From contig NC_003450.3 in the NCBI RefSeq assembly GCF_000011325.1, forward strand, positions 1,410,001 through 1,442,000: DNA of 32,000 nt, in the 5' to 3' direction. The translations under genes were made by a program, and so were the position numbers. Positions 28,209 to 32,000 of the stretch are shown piece after piece. The DNA is from Corynebacterium glutamicum ATCC 13032. Its GTDB lineage: Bacteria; Actinomycetota; Actinomycetes; Mycobacteriales; Mycobacteriaceae. Each line of letters begins with the position of its first letter. The stretch's first letter is position 1. The notes beneath the pieces were generated by a model, which searched no databases, was not told the origin of the DNA, and saw only the letters and a program-made list of their open reading frames with translations.

Positions 28209-30476
28209 CTACTCACCTAAAATGGTGAGGCTCTGCGTTGCACGAGTGACCGCAACGTAGAGGTCTTGCAATCCCTGGGGGGATTCTTCAACGATTCCCG
28301 CAGGATCCACCACGATGACGTGGTCAAACTCTAAGCCCTTGATGTCATCGACCAGGTAGAAATCGCTTTCGTGGTGGCGGCGCGAAGAAATCACCGCGAT
28401 GGTGCGCTGTGAATCCTCCTCACGCAAACTATCCATCACTGCCGACAAATCGGCATCAAGCGGCAAGTTCACTACCTCTCGACCAGATTCGCGGATCGCC
28501 ATTGCCGGCGCAATATCAGGATTGATCTGCGTCAAAAGCTCATTGGCCACCGACATGATCTCGGCCGGGGTGCGGTAGTTAACGGTGAGCTCGTGGTGCC
28601 TGAAACGCTTTTCGACGAAGGGCCACAGTGATTCTGCCCAATCGTCAACGCCGGCAGGCGAACCAGTTTGAGCAATATCGCCCACAAGGGTCATCCATCG
28701 CGAAGGGCTACGGCGAAACACCATGCGCCATTCCATCGGACTGAGCTCCTGAGCTTCATCTACAATCACGTGACCATACGCCCACTTATGATCCGCCTGT
28801 GCACGTTCCGCAGTGGTGCGATTATCCGTGACAGTTTGGCGTTGTGCCAAAGTTTCCGCATCGATGACGTCGAAAGCGGAGAGAACTTCAGCTTCCGTGA
28901 CATCATCAATATCCGATGACTGTGATGAACTAAGAACGTCCAGGACTTCCTGAGCGTCATCGATCTGCTCGCGCCATTTGGCCTCAGCCTTCTCCCGTGC
29001 CTCCTCTGGATCGGGAAGACCGATGAGCAGGGCTAACTCATCAAGCAATGCAGCGTCCGATGGTGCCCACGGATCGAGTTCACCACGCAGCAAAGCAGAC
29101 TTAGTTTCCTCGTCATACCCCGCGGCAGCAACATTAATGCGCTCTTCGGAAATCAACAGATCATGCAGGACGTCCTGAGGCCGGAGCTCCGGCCAGAAAT
29201 CGTCGATGACGGACTGGAGGGCCGCGTCGTCAAGCAAATCATCGTGCAGCTGATCGATGTCGGCGGCTGACAGCAGGTTTTTGCCGCCCAGCGGATCCGC
29301 GCCGATCGTTTGAGCCATTTGGTGCGCGAGTTGTTCGACTAAATGCTCGCGGAAAATTGGGCGTGCGGAATTGTGCGACTGCCTGGCACGACGAGCTCGG
29401 GTGCGGGATTTTGCCACCGTTTTCTCATCAATGGAAATCTCGATGCCATCAACAGAGACCACGATGGTCTTCTCTGGCAGCACTTGATACGCCTTGACTG
29501 CCTCGGCCAAAATGCTGGCCATTTCCTCGCTGCCCTTAATTTCCCTGGTCAAAGTGTCCTCGGAACCCGTTGGGACGATACCGGGGAACAGCTCACCGAC
29601 GGTGGACAACACCACGCCAGTCTCGCCGAGTTCAGGCAAAACGTGAGAAATATACTCCAAAAATGTCTTGTTCGGGCCAATGATCAACACGCCAGACTTA
29701 GCCAGCTGATCGCGCCAGGTATAAAGCAGATAAGCCACACGGTGCAACGCGACCGCAGTTTTACCTGTTCCAGGGCCACCTTGAACAACCATGACACCGC
29801 GGGTGGTATCGCGGATGATCTCATCCTGCTCGCGCTGAATTGTTTCAACGATGTTGCGCATGTGGCCGCTGCGGGCCTGTTCCAACGCCTGGTGCAGCAC
29901 AGATTCAGAGCCGACACCACCCTGCTCGATAACATCGGCCATCTCACCGGTCAATACCTCATCATCAACACCCGTGACAACGCGCCCACGGGTGCGAATG
30001 TGCCGGCGGATATGCACGCCCTCCGGTGAAACGGTGGTGGCCAGATAAAACGGGCGCGCCATGGGGGAGCGCCAATCCAACAGCAACGTGCGGTAATTAT
30101 CTTCACGCACATCAAGACCCATGCGACCGATATAACGACGATCCAAATCAGGGTGGCCCGGGACCGGGTTCTCAGCGTCCTCAGCTTCAGACTCCACATC
30201 GATTCGACCGAAGACCAACCCGAGTTGAGCCAAATTAAGCCGGTCCAACTTCTCATTCAGGCCGTGATACTCAGTTTCACGACGAACAAGTGCTTCCGGA
30301 TCAGGGTTTGAGGGGTCGACGTCTTTCATCACCTCAGAAAGACGCTGATTAGACCTGGCTACCTCATCATCGAGGCGACCGAAAAGTACATCAACATAAG
30401 CCTGTTCTTGGCTAATTGCTGTGGTGAGGGCGTTATGGACATCTGATTCTGAATCAGATTGCCGAATGGTGGTCAC
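28209..30476 (-). CDS. helD: HelD-like (helicase IV family) SF1 UvrD/Rep ATPase
   Basis: The start is GTG 30476, preceded by AGGAGG 9 nt upstream. Evidence along the protein:
- An N-terminal coiled-coil segment (QEQAYVDVLFGRLDDEVARSNQRL).
- LLLDWRSPMARPFYLAT, the DWRAP-type signature shared by HelD/helicase IV.
- Walker A GGPGTGKT and motif II VIVDEAQE.
- C-terminal LYVAVTRATQSL. Confidence 0.75.
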   Translation of the reverse strand: MTTIRQSDSESDVHNALTTAISQEQAYVDVLFGRLDDEVARSNQRLSEVMKDVDPSNPDPEALVRRETEYHGLNEKLDRLNLAQLGLVFGRIDVESEAEDAENPVPGHPDLDRRYIGRMGLDVREDNYRTLLLDWRSPMARPFYLATTVSPEGVHIRRHIRTRGRVVTGVDDEVLTGEMADVIEQGGVGSESVLHQALEQARSGHMRNIVETIQREQDEIIRDTTRGVMVVQGGPGTGKTAVALHRVAYLLYTWRDQLAKSGVLIIGPNKTFLEYISHVLPELGETGVVLSTVGELFPGIVPTGSEDTLTREIKGSEEMASILAEAVKAYQVLPEKTIVVSVDGIEISIDEKTVAKSRTRARRARQSHNSARPIFREHLVEQLAHQMAQTIGADPLGGKNLLSAADIDQLHDDLLDDAALQSVIDDFWPELRPQDVLHDLLISEERINVAAAGYDEETKSALLRGELDPWAPSDAALLDELALLIGLPDPEEAREKAEAKWREQIDDAQEVLDVLSSSQSSDIDDVTEAEVLSAFDVIDAETLAQRQTVTDNRTTAERAQADHKWAYGHVIVDEAQELSPMEWRMVFRRSPSRWMTLVGDIAQTGSPAGVDDWAESLWPFVEKRFRHHELTVNYRTPAEIMSVANELLTQINPDIAPAMAIRESGREVVNLPLDADLSAVMDSLREEDSQRTIAVISSRRHHESDFYLVDDIKGLEFDHVIVVDPAGIVEESPQGLQDLYVAVTRATQSLTILGE

Positions 30477-30602
30477 TCCGGGAGACCTCCTGTTTCCTGA
30501 TGTGGAGCAGTGAGAAAAAGTGTTTGAACTGGAATAGATACAACACTTGGGAGCTATCAATCATTCCAGATAGCGGTTAAAGCGGGAACAATGGGTGAAA
30601 AA

Positions 30603-30642
30603 CCGCCACGTTACCCCGGCAATTCCAGGGATAACGTGGCGG
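30603..30642 (-). terminator. Terminator of the DoxX-family gene (structurally bidirectional)
   Basis: 15-bp stem with one mismatch, CCGCCACGTTACCCC / GGGATAACGTGGCGG, and a 10-nt loop. TTTTTC follows on the minus strand and AAATTTTTTT on the plus strand. It lies 30 nt after the stop at 30672. Confidence 0.8.
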
Positions 30643-30671
30643 AAATTTTTTCTCAATCAGGAAGAAGTTAC

Positions 30672-31586
30672 TTAAAGTTCGATGCCCTTCAGCTTCTTCT
30701 GTGCACGATCGATGGCCTTATCAGCCTGCTTCTGAAGCTTGTCGTAGCTCTTAGTTGCCTTCTTGTTGGCGCGACCAGAGGTTTCCTCTGCGACCTGAAG
30801 AGCAAAGTTAGCCTTTTCCTGAGCCTTGCCGGCAGCCTTCACTGCAGACTTACGAGCAGTCTTGGCGTTAGCCTGCGCAGCCTCAAGCCAGTCACCGCTG
30901 TTCTCCTCAAGGTAAGAGGTAGCCTTGTGAGCGTAATCGCTCACAGTATCAGCGACCTTGTGAGCAGTCTCGGTTGCGGACTTGATCCAGTCATCCTTGT
31001 TCTCACCGACAAAATCCTGAGCGGTGTACGCGTACTCGGTGACCTTGTCAGAAGTATCGTTGAACCAATCAGAGGCCTTCTCACCGAACTTTTCAGTCTC
31101 AGATTTGGTTGGAAGTGCCTGCTGCAGCTGCTTCTTGCCACGCTTTGTAGCATTGGTTGCACGCCACTTCACGCCAGGCTTGCCCTCAGTATCAACAGAA
31201 GTGATAAACAGGCCACCAAGCAGGGCAATGTTGGTGAGGAAACCGTTGCGGCGGTTACGCTTTTCATCCGCATCCTGGGTTTCCCAGAACGCATTGCGAG
31301 CCAGGATGTTAGGGATAGTCAGGATTGCGAGGGTAGCTGCAGAGGTGCGTGGTGCACGACCAATAGCTAGCAAAGAACCCGCACCGACTTTGGTGCCGCC
31401 AATGACGCGGGTGACCAATTCTGGATCTCTGGAAATGCGCTTTGCGTACTTACGGGGCAGCACATAACGGATACGATCCAGAACTACCTGAGTGCCTTCG
31501 ACGTGTGCGCTGGTGTTCAATACTGTTTCTGCGCCATCTGCGACGTAGACCGATGCAAGCATTGGTCGAGCAAGTTTGCGGATCAT
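30672..31586 (-). CDS. DoxX-family membrane protein with a Lys/Ala/Glu-rich repeat tail
   Basis: The N-terminal ~130 aa are DoxX-like (ARPMLASVYVADGAETVLN…, 3-4 TM). The C-terminal ~170 aa are hydrophilic, with three DW(F/I/L)…(S/T)(E/D)YA(Y/H)(T/K)A-type repeats. Confidence 0.75.
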   Translation of the reverse strand: MIRKLARPMLASVYVADGAETVLNTSAHVEGTQVVLDRIRYVLPRKYAKRISRDPELVTRVIGGTKVGAGSLLAIGRAPRTSAATLAILTIPNILARNAFWETQDADEKRNRRNGFLTNIALLGGLFITSVDTEGKPGVKWRATNATKRGKKQLQQALPTKSETEKFGEKASDWFNDTSDKVTEYAYTAQDFVGENKDDWIKSATETAHKVADTVSDYAHKATSYLEENSGDWLEAAQANAKTARKSAVKAAGKAQEKANFALQVAEETSGRANKKATKSYDKLQKQADKAIDRAQKKLKGIEL

Positions 31587-31789
31587 TATGGTGATGCTCC
31601 AATCAAAATACTGTTGTCCAGTTTTATAAGCCGAGGTGGGCCACTGGATTGTTTTCAGATTTTTTCTCCTCGTCCGATCGTACCTAGGTATTGGCGACGA
31701 GGTTGGCAGGTTTCCATCTTTTGCAGGAAATTCTCAGGAAAGCACGTTGTCGGTGCGCTGCTCGAACAGTGCCTGGTTGAGAAAAGCGC

Positions 31790-32000
31790 TTACCAGCGAC
31801 GCTCCCACCAGATTTCCAGCTGTGGACGCTCGGCTCCAAGGGTGGTTTCCTTGCCGTGACCTGGCCACACGATGCTGTCATCGTCGTAGGTGTCAAAGAT
31901 GCGCTCTTTGACATCGTTGAACAGTCGGACGAAGTCGCCTTCGCTGCTGGTTTTGCCCAAACCGCCGGGGAAGAGGCTGTCACCCACGAAAAGGTGAGTT
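31790..32000 (-). CDS. MBL-fold metallo-hydrolase (glyoxalase II-like), C-terminal part only; continues beyond the window
   Basis: The frame is open to the window edge: …THLFVGDSLFPGGLGKT…IVWPGHGKETTLGAERPQLEIWWERRW*. GDxLFxGGxG and xPGHG are typical C-terminal MBL motifs. Confidence 0.7.
   Translation of the reverse strand, partial: THLFVGDSLFPGGLGKTSSEGDFVRLFNDVKERIFDTYDDDSIVWPGHGKETTLGAERPQLEIWWERRW

Noticed and set aside
30591-31370. 259-aa plus-strand ORF antisense to the DoxX-family gene
   Set aside because: The Leu/Ser-rich translation is the mirror image of the Lys/Ala/Glu-rich tail. It starts inside a terminator hairpin, and the minus-strand gene has the coherent domain structure.

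Overview
The window reads as a high-GC actinobacterial chromosome. By gene content and order it matches my recollection of Corynebacterium glutamicum; this is recognition, not a database search.

A conserved housekeeping backbone runs through it: tRNA, polA, rpsA, coaE, uvrB, usp and an MBL-fold hydrolase. Accessory modules sit between these genes:
- Left of the tRNA (1-3564): an AT-rich block of orphan secreted and membrane genes plus a truncated NTPase fragment, probably a degenerate prophage or island arm.
- Between polA and rpsA: an MFS exporter, an MmyB-like regulator, an aldo/keto reductase and a methyltransferase.
- Between rpsA and coaE: the glucose PTS permease ptsG.
- Between coaE and uvrB: a Cys-rich lipoprotein, a frameshifted membrane/coiled-coil gene, the uridine/ribose utilisation operon (uriR-rbsK2-uriT-uriH) and a two-gene orphan cassette.
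- Right of usp: qorR/qor2, a HelD-like SF1 helicase and a DoxX protein with a repeat tail.

I found no CRISPR array, rRNA, transposase or integrase, and no recognisable multi-gene defence system.

The candidates most worth follow-up are:
- the secreted Gly-zipper protein, coupled membrane protein and S1 protease module (61-2000)
- the class-I-shaped tRNA with a CAA anticodon at the island border
- the homopolymer frameshift at 17881-17885
- the orphan pair at 22750-23932
- the HelD-like helicase

All coordinates, folds and composition statements were worked out by eye from the sequence and ORF track. Nothing was computed or searched.
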